Positions 19,348 to 29,707 of a stretch of 64,000 nucleotides of DNA are shown here, in pieces (position 1 is the first letter of the stretch; every line of letters starts with the position of its first letter). The position numbers and the translations under genes are program-made. Location: IMG/VR virus record IMGVR_UViG_3300021142_000002, positions 156,367-220,366 of that record; one strand, written 5' to 3'. The notes beneath the pieces were generated by a model. It worked only from the letters and a program-made list of their open reading frames with translations. It did not search any database and was not told where the DNA came from.

Positions 19348-21534
19348 ATGACAATGAATACTAATACCGCTTTACTTAATGAATTAACAAATAATTCATG
19401 GGTAAGACAAGCTTTATTTTTACCCATTAGAGGGGATGGTTCTGGAAACCCTGGTGGATTATTTGTAAATGCTCGAGCTAAAAAAATACAAATAGCAGGA
19501 ACCTATAGTTTAGAATCTTTAAATTTTGAAGATACGTCATTGGGTGGAAATAGATCTATTAATCCTAAATATCAATTTACCAGTTATGCAGATCAAAATT
19601 TACCTTCTCTTTTATATAATACCACTTCTAATGGTAAACCCAATAGAAATCAATCTATGGGTATGGGAAGGTATTATGCTGAGGCCATTAATAGTAATGC
19701 CCAAAGAATAACCCTACAATATGGTGTACCAGCCTTTAACTCAGTCTCCAACTACATGAATACCTTTTATGATTCTAATATTGCAAAAACTGCAACAACA
19801 GGTGAAGTAGGTATTGGATGGATGAGTACCGTAATAGAATGGGCTGCTAGAATTACCGTATACTACATGGTACCAGTATTAGCCCTATCTTCTTTTATAG
19901 TAGGTACGGCTGGTGCAGTGATTAATAATATTAATAAAAGGCCAACAAGTAAATTTTATTACATGACACCTACCATGCCATTATACTGGAGTAGCGTGCA
20001 GACCATTGCCAATGCATTGGCAGTTAATATGAAACTAGTTCAGGGTTTATCTAACGATGTTTTAACTCAGCCTGTGGGTCAAGAACAAACAGGAATTAAT
20101 TGGGAAAAGTTAGGATTTACCACCAGTGAAGGGGCTACCGGAACTAATAATGCACTAGCCTCTACTTATGAAAAATATTTACCAGATATTCTATTGCCCA
20201 ATGGATCTGGAATAGATTTTAAACAAGTGGCTACTAGATATCAAAGACTTGCCGATGCCCATACCAGAATATTAACTGATATCAGAAATAGAGCGACTGA
20301 TGATGATCATGCTTTTGCTTTAATTCAAGAATATATTTCAGGAAATAAAAGTGAATTAAAAGTAGAAACAGGTATGGGATTAAATGACCTATTAAAGGCC
20401 TACGCCACTGTGTCTGAAAATGCATCAAAGAGTTTAATGGATCAATTAGTATATCCTGATCCGCCTTCACAATCAGATGGCGTGGATAATAAATCGCCTG
20501 ATAATTTAAGTTCAGCTGCTCGGGCAGCAGCCACTGCATCGGTGGCCAATACCTTTGGTGGAGTAGGCTCTATATGGACTGGGATTGCAGAACATTTTCT
20601 TGCTAAAAAAGATTTTCTATTAGCTGAGCTGCGAGATGGTTCTTCTTTTATTCAGTATAGTGTGGAATTTGATCAACATGTTAGTGAATCATTTACTAAT
20701 AGTGCTAGAGTATCAGATATTGCTAGTACAATGAATTCTTTTAGTAAGTCAAATAGAGATAAACTATTTAATATAGCTAACGGGCATTTCGTTGATGGTC
20801 CTATAGGCGATGTATTAGATGCGGTCGTTAGTGCCGGCAGCGCAGTTCTTACAGGAGTGGCTAAAGCAACAGGCTTTAGTGGTCTTGCAGCATTAGGTGG
20901 TAGAGGCTTTGCTGACATACCAGAATTTTGGGATGAATCTTATACCAACTTACCTAGTGCCAACTATGAGATTCAATTAAGAACACCTTATGGTAATCCA
21001 GCTGCTATTTATACTGATCTTCTACTGCCATTAGCAACCTTAATCGCAGGTGCTGCACCTAGAGCTACAGGTAGAAATTCATGGACGGGTCCTTATCTTT
21101 GCAAGTTATGGCAAAAGGGTAGGGTGCAGTATAGTCTAGGTATGATTACTCAAATGAATATCCAAAGAGGTACTGGAAATGTGGGATGGAACATACATGG
21201 TCAGCCTTTGGGCATTGATATAAGTTGTACTATTACAAATTTATCTAAGATGCTGTATATGCCTATTAGTGCAGATATTACAGTATCTGATATATTAGGT
21301 ACCTCAATTTTTGATGAAGATAATAATTTTACAGACTATATGGCTACATTAGCCGCATTAGGTTATGTAGATCAATACTATGCTTTAAGTAGATGGAAGT
21401 TAAAATTAGCTAATATACAATCTAATTTTGATTCTTTTGGCAGCATAGATAACTTTTTATTCTTCCAATTAGACCCAACCTCAAATGTGGGTAGTTTATT
21501 ATCATTAGCTGCTAGACATAATCTTGGTTTATAA
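19348..21534 (+). CDS. virion structural protein (phiKZ gp182-like, tail tip/baseplate)
   Basis: DTSLGGNRSINPKYQFT, MGMGRYYAEAI, PEFWDES, LRTPYGN, GWNIHGQPL recalled from phiKZ-like structural proteins; synteny. Confidence 0.65.
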   Translation: MTMNTNTALLNELTNNSWVRQALFLPIRGDGSGNPGGLFVNARAKKIQIAGTYSLESLNFEDTSLGGNRSINPKYQFTSYADQNLPSLLYNTTSNGKPNRNQSMGMGRYYAEAINSNAQRITLQYGVPAFNSVSNYMNTFYDSNIAKTATTGEVGIGWMSTVIEWAARITVYYMVPVLALSSFIVGTAGAVINNINKRPTSKFYYMTPTMPLYWSSVQTIANALAVNMKLVQGLSNDVLTQPVGQEQTGINWEKLGFTTSEGATGTNNALASTYEKYLPDILLPNGSGIDFKQVATRYQRLADAHTRILTDIRNRATDDDHAFALIQEYISGNKSELKVETGMGLNDLLKAYATVSENASKSLMDQLVYPDPPSQSDGVDNKSPDNLSSAARAAATASVANTFGGVGSIWTGIAEHFLAKKDFLLAELRDGSSFIQYSVEFDQHVSESFTNSARVSDIASTMNSFSKSNRDKLFNIANGHFVDGPIGDVLDAVVSAGSAVLTGVAKATGFSGLAALGGRGFADIPEFWDESYTNLPSANYEIQLRTPYGNPAAIYTDLLLPLATLIAGAAPRATGRNSWTGPYLCKLWQKGRVQYSLGMITQMNIQRGTGNVGWNIHGQPLGIDISCTITNLSKMLYMPISADITVSDILGTSIFDEDNNFTDYMATLAALGYVDQYYALSRWKLKLANIQSNFDSFGSIDNFLFFQLDPTSNVGSLLSLAARHNLGL

Positions 21535-21548
21535 AAAAAAACATATTG

Positions 21549-21580
21549 GAGTATAGGATAGCCTAGGCTATCCTATACTC
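21549..21580. terminator. 32-bp perfect palindrome between convergent genes
   Basis: GAGTATAGGATAGCCT|AGGCTATCCTATACTC. Confidence 0.75.
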
Positions 21581-21584
21581 TATT

Positions 21585-22169
21585 TTAAATGTCTAAATCT
21601 TTCATTAAATCATAAATAAAATCATCAGGACTCACCTCACCATAAACATTATGGTTTATATTAAAGTCATCACAAAATTTATGCACTATAAATAAACTCG
21701 TAAATAATTCTAACACAGTTTTAGGTACTTTAGTAACTGCATTATTACAATACAGTATATCACCTATACATTCATCTAAAGAGGCTATCTTAGCCTGTAT
21801 AGCTAATAAACCTAATATAGCTTGTTTAACTATGTTGCTGGATGTTTTCCCTAAGTTGTATAATTCTTTTCCATTTTCTGTTAAGTTTGGATAAATGTTT
21901 TCAAACTGATCTGGACACATAAACAACATCTTTAAATGGAATCTATCATTAGCTATCTGCAGTGGTCTAGCTAATGTTTTACTTGCATTTGAATTAGATA
22001 CAATTAATTTGTTTACACTCATGTCTGTTAAAGACAATGCTCGATCGACTAATTCTGTATTAGCTTTGCGTCTTTTAAACCTAAGCTTAGGTTTAAGTGC
22101 ATAATAACCAATACATAAAGCATATAACCAGCCAATACTCTGATGTGACCAATCTATTAAAACTGCCAT
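21585..22169 (-). CDS. hypothetical protein
   Basis: 194-aa ORF, no motif recognised. Confidence 0.65.
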   Translation of the reverse strand: MAVLIDWSHQSIGWLYALCIGYYALKPKLRFKRRKANTELVDRALSLTDMSVNKLIVSNSNASKTLARPLQIANDRFHLKMLFMCPDQFENIYPNLTENGKELYNLGKTSSNIVKQAILGLLAIQAKIASLDECIGDILYCNNAVTKVPKTVLELFTSLFIVHKFCDDFNINHNVYGEVSPDDFIYDLMKDLDI

Positions 22170-22215
22170 TTTACTAGCCCTATGAAGAAGTTATTAAGAA
22201 TGTACTTACATAAAA

Positions 22216-24297
22216 TTAAACATGGACTAAAGTATATTTATTATCTAATTCTAACTGGCAAGCAATAGCTGTTAAGGGATAATAAACTAGAGTATTTAGA
22301 CTATCCATAGAGGCCGTAATAAAAGGAGATTGATTAAAAATACTCTCTCCGTTTCTAATAACCATATCAAAGCTTGGGCAAATTTGATAAAGTGCACCGC
22401 CAAAGAATCTAGAAACGGTTTGTCTACCCATCGCTGCATCATCTTCATTATTAGAATAATTACTCAATAAAGTAACTACAATGTAATAAAGATAATCAGT
22501 AGATATTGTGCCCGCATAATTATTAATTAAGTCTAATACGATTCTATAGTTACCTGCTTTAGCACCTACTTCCATTGCCTTTTTGGTAGCATAGATTAAA
22601 TAATCGCCTGATAAACCAGCACTCGTTAATATACTTGTAGGCTCATTATTACTATTTATCTGTGTAGATAATGTTGTTAATTGAGTACTATTTAAATTAG
22701 ATAAGATAGGTAATGCTGAAATAACGGCTGTTGAATCTAATCCATTTAAATTATTAGTAAGTACAGTAGCATTAGCTGCATTCAATGCATTAATAGTATC
22801 AGATACTGATATTACATTATTAGATCCCATTAAGGTGACTTGAGCCAATGCAGTATTTAAATTAGAAGTAGTTTCTAAACCAATTAGACCCATATCAGTA
22901 CTGATAGTATTTGCACCATGGGTAGTTGCAAGCGTTAATAAGGTATTAGCATTAGTTATAGTCAAGGTATTAATACCATTAATTAAACTAATACAGTATG
23001 TTATACCAATAGTATCTAATAATGTATTTAAATTAGCAATTAAAGTAATTCCATGATTTTGAATGTCAGTGAGTACTGTACCATTATTAGTACTGCCATG
23101 AGCCGTTATATAGGCTGCTATGTTAGTAGCTTCTACTTCAGTAATAATGCCTAGCATGATAGTAGGCTGTATACCAGCAATATCATTAAATAATTGAGTC
23201 AGTACAGTTAAGCCTAACGTTTGTAATTGAGCTACGAGATTAGTAACAGTACTAATACCATACGTGTTGATGCCATTGGCTACTGTAGCTGCGGCTGTAG
23301 GATTACTATTAATAACACCAATTAAAGTAGTCGCATCAGTTTTTCCTAATTGAGTGACTATATTGGCTACATTTTTATAAATGTTAGGTGAAGTACTCGT
23401 ACCAATAGCAGTAATTAAATTAGAGGTATTGGTATAGCCCGAACTATTAATTGTATTAACTAAGTTAGATACTGTCGTTATACTCGATGCTTGAGTAGCT
23501 GTTGCAATGATACTCACCTGAGTACTAGTAGAATTATTAAGCAATGGCAATGCATTAGTAGCATTGGTAATACCTAAATTTCTTAATGTATTAGAAATAG
23601 AGGTAGGTGTAGTAGTCGATAAACTAACAGTCGCTAAAGCTACACCTGCTTTAGCAATAGGATTGCCACTATAAGTATACCCGCCACCATGATTAGCTGG
23701 ATATCCTCTAGCCGCATTAAAATCCAATGAGCCTTTAATTTGATTAGTAATAGAGCTAATGTCAAAGAAATGACTCATTTGCCCCATAAAACTCAATCCA
23801 TTGGTAGTAAAGACTGCTGGTAAGTTTTCTACAGTAATTCCAATTTGACGAGCTTGGTAAAGAAATGTTTCTAAATGATTAACAGTATTTAAAACCCCAG
23901 ACATTCTTAGTATATTAACTAAGCTTAAATTCCTAGGTATTCTGTTTTGTAAGTTTAAAAGAAACTGTTCTAAATTCTGTCCTTTTAGCAATAGCTGCTG
24001 AGCTAGTCCTGGTAAACCTTTAATACCATCTATTAGTTCAGGAGGTAAAACACTTTCTACGTAATCTACTACACTATCAATAGCTAACTCTGCTTGATTT
24101 AAAATACCTAATTCTACTGTAGAATAAGGATCAACGGTTACTTTTTCTAAAAAAGGGGATAGTTCAAAATCAGTAGGGAGTATATCTTTGATGGGTGATG
24201 GTGCCGGCACTGGTGTAGTGACAGGTTGAGTATTTATACCCAGTGAAGATAAATCTATTTTTGAAAGATCTAAACCATGTGAATTAATAACAGGCAT
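22216..24297 (-). CDS. probable virion protein with a long T/N/L/I-rich charge-poor helical region
   Basis: ORF track 22216..24363; likely start MPVINS at 24297 because a palindrome overlaps the longer start. Confidence 0.6.
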   Translation of the reverse strand: MPVINSHGLDLSKIDLSSLGINTQPVTTPVPAPSPIKDILPTDFELSPFLEKVTVDPYSTVELGILNQAELAIDSVVDYVESVLPPELIDGIKGLPGLAQQLLLKGQNLEQFLLNLQNRIPRNLSLVNILRMSGVLNTVNHLETFLYQARQIGITVENLPAVFTTNGLSFMGQMSHFFDISSITNQIKGSLDFNAARGYPANHGGGYTYSGNPIAKAGVALATVSLSTTTPTSISNTLRNLGITNATNALPLLNNSTSTQVSIIATATQASSITTVSNLVNTINSSGYTNTSNLITAIGTSTSPNIYKNVANIVTQLGKTDATTLIGVINSNPTAAATVANGINTYGISTVTNLVAQLQTLGLTVLTQLFNDIAGIQPTIMLGIITEVEATNIAAYITAHGSTNNGTVLTDIQNHGITLIANLNTLLDTIGITYCISLINGINTLTITNANTLLTLATTHGANTISTDMGLIGLETTSNLNTALAQVTLMGSNNVISVSDTINALNAANATVLTNNLNGLDSTAVISALPILSNLNSTQLTTLSTQINSNNEPTSILTSAGLSGDYLIYATKKAMEVGAKAGNYRIVLDLINNYAGTISTDYLYYIVVTLLSNYSNNEDDAAMGRQTVSRFFGGALYQICPSFDMVIRNGESIFNQSPFITASMDSLNTLVYYPLTAIACQLELDNKYTLVHV

Positions 24298-24334
24298 CTT
24301 AAAGCTCCATTTTAAACAAAAAAAAATAAGATTA

Positions 24335-24358
24335 GGTAGATAGCCTAGGCTATCTACC
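24335..24358. terminator. 24-bp perfect palindrome
   Basis: GGTAGATAGCCT|AGGCTATCTACC; shares core GATAGCCTAGGCTATC with 21549. Confidence 0.7.
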
Positions 24359-24377
24359 CACATAAAATTTAGCTAAG

Positions 24378-24722
24378 TTATTTATTGTAAACGAAGAGCA
24401 CTTCATAAATGGCATAACATGCTATCAGCACTATTAACAATGGCCAGAATGCCATGTATAAAACGAAGGCAATACAGTTATGTTCCTTTAACCACTTATA
24501 AGTATTGTATCTAAACTCAATACTCTTTACATTTTTTGGACCTAATAAAGTCATTGTTAATTCCAGCGCTGTGTTACTAAGCGCTCTATGAAAGGCTAAT
24601 GCTATAAACTTAGCCATATAAACTGATATAATAAAATACCCACCAACTAACCAAATCATTTGAATCTCCTCTTGATGTGAAATATAGGCCATGTAATAGC
24701 TATTAGTAATAGCATTTTCCAA
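24378..24722 (-). CDS. small membrane protein
   Basis: Two hydrophobic segments; YMAFWP motif. Confidence 0.6.
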   Translation of the reverse strand: MENAITNSYYMAYISHQEEIQMIWLVGGYFIISVYMAKFIALAFHRALSNTALELTMTLLGPKNVKSIEFRYNTYKWLKEHNCIAFVLYMAFWPLLIVLIACYAIYEVLFVYNK

Positions 24723-24859
24723 CTCTTTTCTTTTCTTAAAACAACTGCAGAATCTTTAGTTTCTTTCATAAATGAAATAGTTAATAGACCTGCATAAAGG
24801 TAAAGATAGAGTGGCAGTGCAATGGCTGATAAAAGATCTTTATCCATTAAAAGTCCCAA
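24656..24859 (-). CDS. small membrane protein
   Basis: Two hydrophobic segments; AITWP motif. Confidence 0.6.
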   Translation of the reverse strand: MGLLMDKDLLSAIALPLYLYLYAGLLTISFMKETKDSAVVLRKEKSWKMLLLIAITWPIFHIKRRFK

Positions 24860-25269
24860 TAAGTTCTTAATAACTCTGCATATCCACCTAACGAATAATG
24901 AATATTGTTACGTGCCCAATACTTTCTTTTAAAAATGATATTAATAAGTTGACCAAGGAAAGTCAATCTAGCTAGTTCAATGTCTACTCTATAAGTAGAA
25001 TGCTCAGTAACCGTTAATTTAATCATAATGCATTTTTTAATGTTATCATATTCAACATTTTCCAAATGCACGTCAGCACAAAGTAATTTTTCTAAATGCT
25101 TAGCTGATGATAATTTAAGACTATCAATATTAATATCACAAAGATTAATGCCTTTGTTTAATTTTTTGATATCCCAAAGATATTTAGAATACCATTTGTC
25201 TATGCGTGTACAAGCAAGAATTAATCTAGCTGATGACTCTGTTAAGTTATAGTTTAACTCTAAAATCAT
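24847..25269 (-). CDS. hypothetical protein
   Basis: 140-aa ORF coupled to neighbours. Confidence 0.6.
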   Translation of the reverse strand: MILELNYNLTESSARLILACTRIDKWYSKYLWDIKKLNKGINLCDINIDSLKLSSAKHLEKLLCADVHLENVEYDNIKKCIMIKLTVTEHSTYRVDIELARLTFLGQLINIIFKRKYWARNNIHYSLGGYAELLRTYWDF

Positions 25270-25673
25270 TCTTCTTCCCCATCATCCTCATTGCTAATAT
25301 CTCTTAGATTATCAACTGATATCTCTAAGGTTTGTGGTTTGTTTTTACGCCATAGCGTTACCTTGATATCCATCTTATCATATTCGAGAATTATTAATCC
25401 TCTCATAAACATGCCCCAGGATATCTTAGATTTCGCTAACATTCTAGTGGCATTACCTCTATCAGTAGCTGCTGCCTTTTCAGTCATTTCACCCTTACGA
25501 TGAAACTTTGCTTTACTGATAAGTGTGTGCCATTGATGAGCCTTTAGATTATTATCGTAGAGTAAAATCCTCCATAATCTAGCCAAGACATTAGTTGTCT
25601 CGTAGATACCCATCATTCCCTCTTCAATAACCTTTACCATTGGATTATTAGAAGGAACTTTCTTCTCAGCCAT
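25266..25673 (-). CDS. conserved jumbo-phage hypothetical protein
   Basis: VLARLWRILL..DRGN..L....SWGMFMRGL recalled from phiKZ-like phages. Confidence 0.55.
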   Translation of the reverse strand: MAEKKVPSNNPMVKVIEEGMMGIYETTNVLARLWRILLYDNNLKAHQWHTLISKAKFHRKGEMTEKAAATDRGNATRMLAKSKISWGMFMRGLIILEYDKMDIKVTLWRKNKPQTLEISVDNLRDISNEDDGEEE

Positions 25674-26163
25674 AGCTTACCTCCAGTAATAGTTTTGTTA
25701 AAGCCATGTAAGTATTTAATGGCTTAAATGACCTTCTTTGAACATAACCTTTATCATCCTTTGGCGTTAGTTCATATAACCTATTAATGAGTTCAGTAGC
25801 TCTTACCCACCCATCAAATAAATCCATTCCATAAAACTTTGAGTCAGGTTTAATATCACTCCATTGATCTAACCTATAAATAGAAGGCTTTCCAATATCC
25901 TTATCTTGAGTAATTCTACCCCCTGGTCTTTTCCATTCTTCTAGAATTCTTTCCAACTCAGCTAACATCGTATGTAGACTATAGCTGGCCGCTTCAATTT
26001 GATAATGATATAAAACTCTTGGTTCTACGTTAAAAGTTTTCTTTTTAAAGAACTCTTTAAATAGAACACAGCTATCAAATAGCATCAGTTGTTCTTTCTT
26101 TATTTTGTATAAAGTTAATTTCCACTTTATAAACAAAATAAAGTATCTAACTTTATTTAACAT
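25666..26163 (-). CDS. hypothetical protein
   Basis: 165 aa; AGGAG RBS. Confidence 0.65.
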   Translation of the reverse strand: MLNKVRYFILFIKWKLTLYKIKKEQLMLFDSCVLFKEFFKKKTFNVEPRVLYHYQIEAASYSLHTMLAELERILEEWKRPGGRITQDKDIGKPSIYRLDQWSDIKPDSKFYGMDLFDGWVRATELINRLYELTPKDDKGYVQRRSFKPLNTYMALTKLLLEVSYG

Positions 26164-26196
26164 TTTTTTCTCCTAAGAAATGATATTATCTAATAG

Positions 26197-26214
26197 ATAA
26201 TATATACATCTTAC
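26197..26214 (-). promoter_or_regulatory. putative early-type promoter overlapping an inverted repeat (26183-26203)
   Basis: Minus strand ATGTATATATTATCTATTAG; shares ATGTATATATTAT with the repeat cassette and TATATTATCTATTAG with the 2449 site. Confidence 0.5.
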
Positions 26215-26239
26215 TAATTTGAAATACTGGAATTTATTT

Positions 26240-26605
26240 ATGGAAACAAACACTAAAGAAGTTATTAGTTTAGAACCTGATAAGGTCATTGAGTTTGCAC
26301 AGCAAACTCGTATTGAAATGATTACCGATGTAAGCACAGAGGAGCAAAATAAAGTCACTCTGCTTAGAGATTTATCAGCGACTGCATTGACTATTAAACG
26401 CCTTAGCACTGATGATAGAAATGCTGCAGCCGATAGAGATATTGCTGCGGCTATGGTTACAGCCATTTCTAATTTATCAGCTAATCCTTTTCTATCGCAA
26501 AAAGTTATTAGAAGAGATCTAGAAATGCCTGAATTACCTCCTGTAGAGCTCGTACCGGATGAAACTTCTACTACCCTGGCTGATCTAACATTTGAGGATA
26601 TTTAA
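26240..26605 (+). CDS. conserved jumbo-phage hypothetical protein
   Basis: ORF track 26219..26605; helical, Pro/acidic C-terminus; the METNTK start is a guess. Confidence 0.6.
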   Translation: METNTKEVISLEPDKVIEFAQQTRIEMITDVSTEEQNKVTLLRDLSATALTIKRLSTDDRNAAADRDIAAAMVTAISNLSANPFLSQKVIRRDLEMPELPPVELVPDETSTTLADLTFEDI

Positions 26606-27101
26606 GCTTTAAATCGCGCTGTAGTGAGATTATTTGAATATGACCAATTTCCATTAATAACAGTATAATGGCCCATGGATAATTAAGTAAATCATCTACA
26701 ATTAGATCAGCCACTTTAGGATTAATAATACCATCATCAATATCATGGTGTACTCTATTAAAGGATATGTAAAGATATTTAGCTAAGTCTTTCCATTCTT
26801 CTGATGATAGCCCACTCTGTACGCTAAAATCAGTTGTTAGTTTTATTAACATGTCTATAGCAAGAAACTTATGTTCACTGTTTTTATCTTTTCCATTAGG
26901 TAAAGTATAGCCAGTTTCTTCTAGCACTAACATCAGATCATGTATTCCACCTTTACTGATTTGGACATACTGGCTACTGCCTCTAGCTAAAACCTTTTTA
27001 AAATGTTGGTAAAAGAAATAATAGCTTTCGTCGTGTAAAATGATGTTAGCTAAAATATTTAAAAGCATGTTAATTTGATAATGTTTCATAGATTCCTCCA
27101 A
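26571..27101 (-). CDS. hypothetical protein
   Basis: 176-aa ORF; GGAGG-like RBS. Confidence 0.6.
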   Translation of the reverse strand: MEESMKHYQINMLLNILANIILHDESYYFFYQHFKKVLARGSSQYVQISKGGIHDLMLVLEETGYTLPNGKDKNSEHKFLAIDMLIKLTTDFSVQSGLSSEEWKDLAKYLYISFNRVHHDIDDGIINPKVADLIVDDLLNYPWAIILLLMEIGHIQIISLQRDLKLKYPQMLDQPG

Positions 27102-27116
27102 AAAAGGGTATTAATA

Positions 27117-27146
27117 TAGGATAGCATACTAATGTATGCTATCCTA
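27117..27146. terminator. hairpin terminator
   Basis: TAGGATAGCATAC-TAAT-GTATGCTATCCTA. Confidence 0.7.
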
Positions 27147-27152
27147 TTATTT

Positions 27153-27479
27153 CTAAAGTTTGTTAATAAATTTAAGAAAATCTTGCTTAGTCGCTACACC
27201 TATTTTAGTATCTTGTACCAAACCATCTTTAAAAGCTAAAGTAGTTGGTAGACTCCTAACACTATAGCTATTAGCAAAGGTAGCATTCTCATCAATATCC
27301 ATTTTATAAATAGTTAATTTTCCTTCCTTTTCTTCTGCTATCTCATTTAATGTTTGAGAAAAACTCTTACAGGCACTACACCACGGTGCTGTAAAGAAGA
27401 CTAAAATTAAACCATCACTTCCTAATACTTTTCTATCAGTTTCACCATCATTGATATACTCAATAGACACAGGGTACAC
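27153..27479 (-). CDS. trxA: thioredoxin
   Basis: FTAPWCSACK active site, MDIDEN, VRSLPT, 108 aa. Confidence 0.9.
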   Translation of the reverse strand: MYPVSIEYINDGETDRKVLGSDGLILVFFTAPWCSACKSFSQTLNEIAEEKEGKLTIYKMDIDENATFANSYSVRSLPTTLAFKDGLVQDTKIGVATKQDFLKFINKL

Positions 27480-27867
27480 TCCTTCTTATTGTTCCTTTAA
27501 AGTTATCATCATTAATCATTTTAGGTTTAAAGTTATGCACATAAATAGGTAAACCTTTACGCTTAGCTATGTTAATCATACTCTCTGAGCCTTTAGATCG
27601 TCCATCCCAGATCACAATCACCTGATCAGCAAAGTTAGCCATTCTATCGTTTCTTATATAGCCAGCTCTTTTACCATGTTTTTCCCAGTCTGCAGGAAAT
27701 CTTTGAATAGGTATCCAGTTTAATGTAGCCCATTGCTCACCTAATTTATCAGCCCCATTAGCTGTACCAGAAATGACCTCAGTCACATTAAACCCTGAAT
27801 TTCTAATAGCATTTTCAATATGTTTAATATCATCACAACTTCTACTACCGGCAATAATGGTCTTCAT
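27460..27867 (-). CDS. YspA/DUF2493 SLOG-family protein
   Basis: MKTIIAGSR, VISGTANGADKLGE, ADWEKHGKRAGYIRNDRMA, WDGRSKGS. Confidence 0.85.
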   Translation of the reverse strand: MKTIIAGSRSCDDIKHIENAIRNSGFNVTEVISGTANGADKLGEQWATLNWIPIQRFPADWEKHGKRAGYIRNDRMANFADQVIVIWDGRSKGSESMINIAKRKGLPIYVHNFKPKMINDDNFKGTIRRSVPCVY

Positions 27868-28190
27868 GCAACACTCCATTCTATTAAGTATAATTTAGTA
27901 TTTTCTTTTACATTAAAAAAGTAAACAACATTGCCAAATACCTTACTTTCTTTAAACCATTGTTTAGTATTATAATCAAAGGTTAAAAAGTGTTTTGATC
28001 CATCACTTAAAATAACATTATACTCACCTGATTGCTGTGGTAATTTAAACCCATGTCTTTCTACATAGCTAGATTTCTTACTAGCGACTTGTATTTCAAA
28101 CCATCGCCTATCTCTTATTAAAGTATTAAAGTCTTTATCAGAAAGTCTATTAACAAAATAAGATAATATCTTAAGTAGGGTTATTTGCAT
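27864..28190 (-). CDS. hypothetical protein
   Basis: 108-aa ORF coupled to neighbours. Confidence 0.6.
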   Translation of the reverse strand: MQITLLKILSYFVNRLSDKDFNTLIRDRRWFEIQVASKKSSYVERHGFKLPQQSGEYNVILSDGSKHFLTFDYNTKQWFKESKVFGNVVYFFNVKENTKLYLIEWSVA

Positions 28191-28887
28191 CAGTCGTTTC
28201 CTGTTTAATAGGTAATTTAAATGACATATCTCCCAGTGGCATTATTTCTAAATCAAACATAATGTTAAAAGCTCTTTTTATTAACTTAATACTTTCATTA
28301 TCATACCTTTTATCTACATGTTCTTTAACTGTTTTATAAGGTATAATACAGCCAACGTTAGGCATTCTAAAATGCTTAAATAACTCTTGATGGTATTGAA
28401 ACCATTCATCAAAGTCATAAAGCATAAACTTATCAAAAGTCTTTTTAATAAACTCTGGCTTTAAGTCTTTAGAGTGTAAATGAACATGATATAATGTTTT
28501 AATATCCCAAATGTATTTTAAACCACTAAATAGCTCTAATAGATCTTCTTTAGGCAAAACATAGGGATAGGTATTAATAGTGATAACAAAATCAATGGCT
28601 TCAGGATGAGTAGGATTAGCTTTAGACATGGCAACCCTATCTCGGATAATATCAACAATGTTTGTTTTTTTACTCGACTTTAAAATAGATAGATCCCTAG
28701 ACTCATATCTTTCTTTAACTTTATCATCATCTATTGCTGGATGTAGTAAAGATAAATAATTATGATTTCTTTCTAAGTAATCAGCTTTAGCCAGTGGTAT
28801 AGCCCAATCTGGATTAATATCTATAACTGTAGAAAAGTAAGTGTCAAATAAACAATCAATATTAATCAATAGTTTACATTCTTCCAT
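28171..28887 (-). CDS. conserved jumbo-phage hypothetical protein
   Basis: LLINIDCLFDT, INTYPY.L, MLYDFDEW pattern; possible HAD-like start. Confidence 0.55.
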   Translation of the reverse strand: MEECKLLINIDCLFDTYFSTVIDINPDWAIPLAKADYLERNHNYLSLLHPAIDDDKVKERYESRDLSILKSSKKTNIVDIIRDRVAMSKANPTHPEAIDFVITINTYPYVLPKEDLLELFSGLKYIWDIKTLYHVHLHSKDLKPEFIKKTFDKFMLYDFDEWFQYHQELFKHFRMPNVGCIIPYKTVKEHVDKRYDNESIKLIKRAFNIMFDLEIMPLGDMSFKLPIKQETTDANNPT

Positions 28888-28891
28888 AAGG

Positions 28892-29698
28892 TTACTTCAT
28901 TAAACAATGATAAACTTTATTAAAGTTAGCAATTCTCATGTCAACATTATTTTCACCCCCATTAGTGATCTTAGTAACTTCTTTAATAACGGCAATAGTG
29001 CTGCCTTTATCACAGACCTTCCATAAGTCTTCTTTATCAAAAAAGAAACCAGCCGCTTCTAACGGATACTTAGTGGCTACTAAGTCAGGATTAGCTACTA
29101 AGTTTACACCTAGTTTTTTACCTAATAATTCATACCAATGTTTAAAGGTTAATTGAATGTCGCCCCTACCACGGTATTTATAACCATCACCGCTGGATAC
29201 GTCGCCATTACCATACTTGTTAGCATAAACTAAATTAGCGATGGCTTGTGGCTTATGAGCATATTTGTTAGCTACTTCTAATGTATGAAAATAATGAGGA
29301 AAGATCTTCATTAATCCTTCAGCACTGTAATTAAGATTCTCCACACAACAAGAAAAGTTTCCAGTTTCTTCCATACATTGAGATAAGAAATGACTGACTC
29401 TAATATTAGTCATTACATTATCTTTAAAGATATTAGGTAAAGCTTCTAATACTCTATCAGGTACTACACCTTTTAATTTAGTTAAATCTACTTTATCATT
29501 ACCCACTTTATTTTCCTCTGATATTAATTTAAGCCATTGTTCATTGCTAACAATGCCATCTTGTTTATAGCCATTTTCTTTTTGCCACTGTATTACTAAA
29601 CGTTGTGTTACACCACCAAAATAACCAGAAGGTGCAATACCTAATAGTTTTTGCAGTCTAACAATATCTGCCCCATTATTGCCTTTCTTTAATTCCAT
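28892..29698 (-). CDS. modular endolysin: N-terminal peptidoglycan-binding domain plus GH19 catalytic domain
   Basis: GADIVRLQKLL..GYFG..T...V..WQ..NG; HFLSQCMEETGNF, ENLNYSAEGL, GDGYKYRGRGDIQLT, TKITNGG. Confidence 0.9.
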   Translation of the reverse strand: MELKKGNNGADIVRLQKLLGIAPSGYFGGVTQRLVIQWQKENGYKQDGIVSNEQWLKLISEENKVGNDKVDLTKLKGVVPDRVLEALPNIFKDNVMTNIRVSHFLSQCMEETGNFSCCVENLNYSAEGLMKIFPHYFHTLEVANKYAHKPQAIANLVYANKYGNGDVSSGDGYKYRGRGDIQLTFKHWYELLGKKLGVNLVANPDLVATKYPLEAAGFFFDKEDLWKVCDKGSTIAVIKEVTKITNGGENNVDMRIANFNKVYHCLMK

Positions 29699-29707
29699 TT
29701 TATTCTC

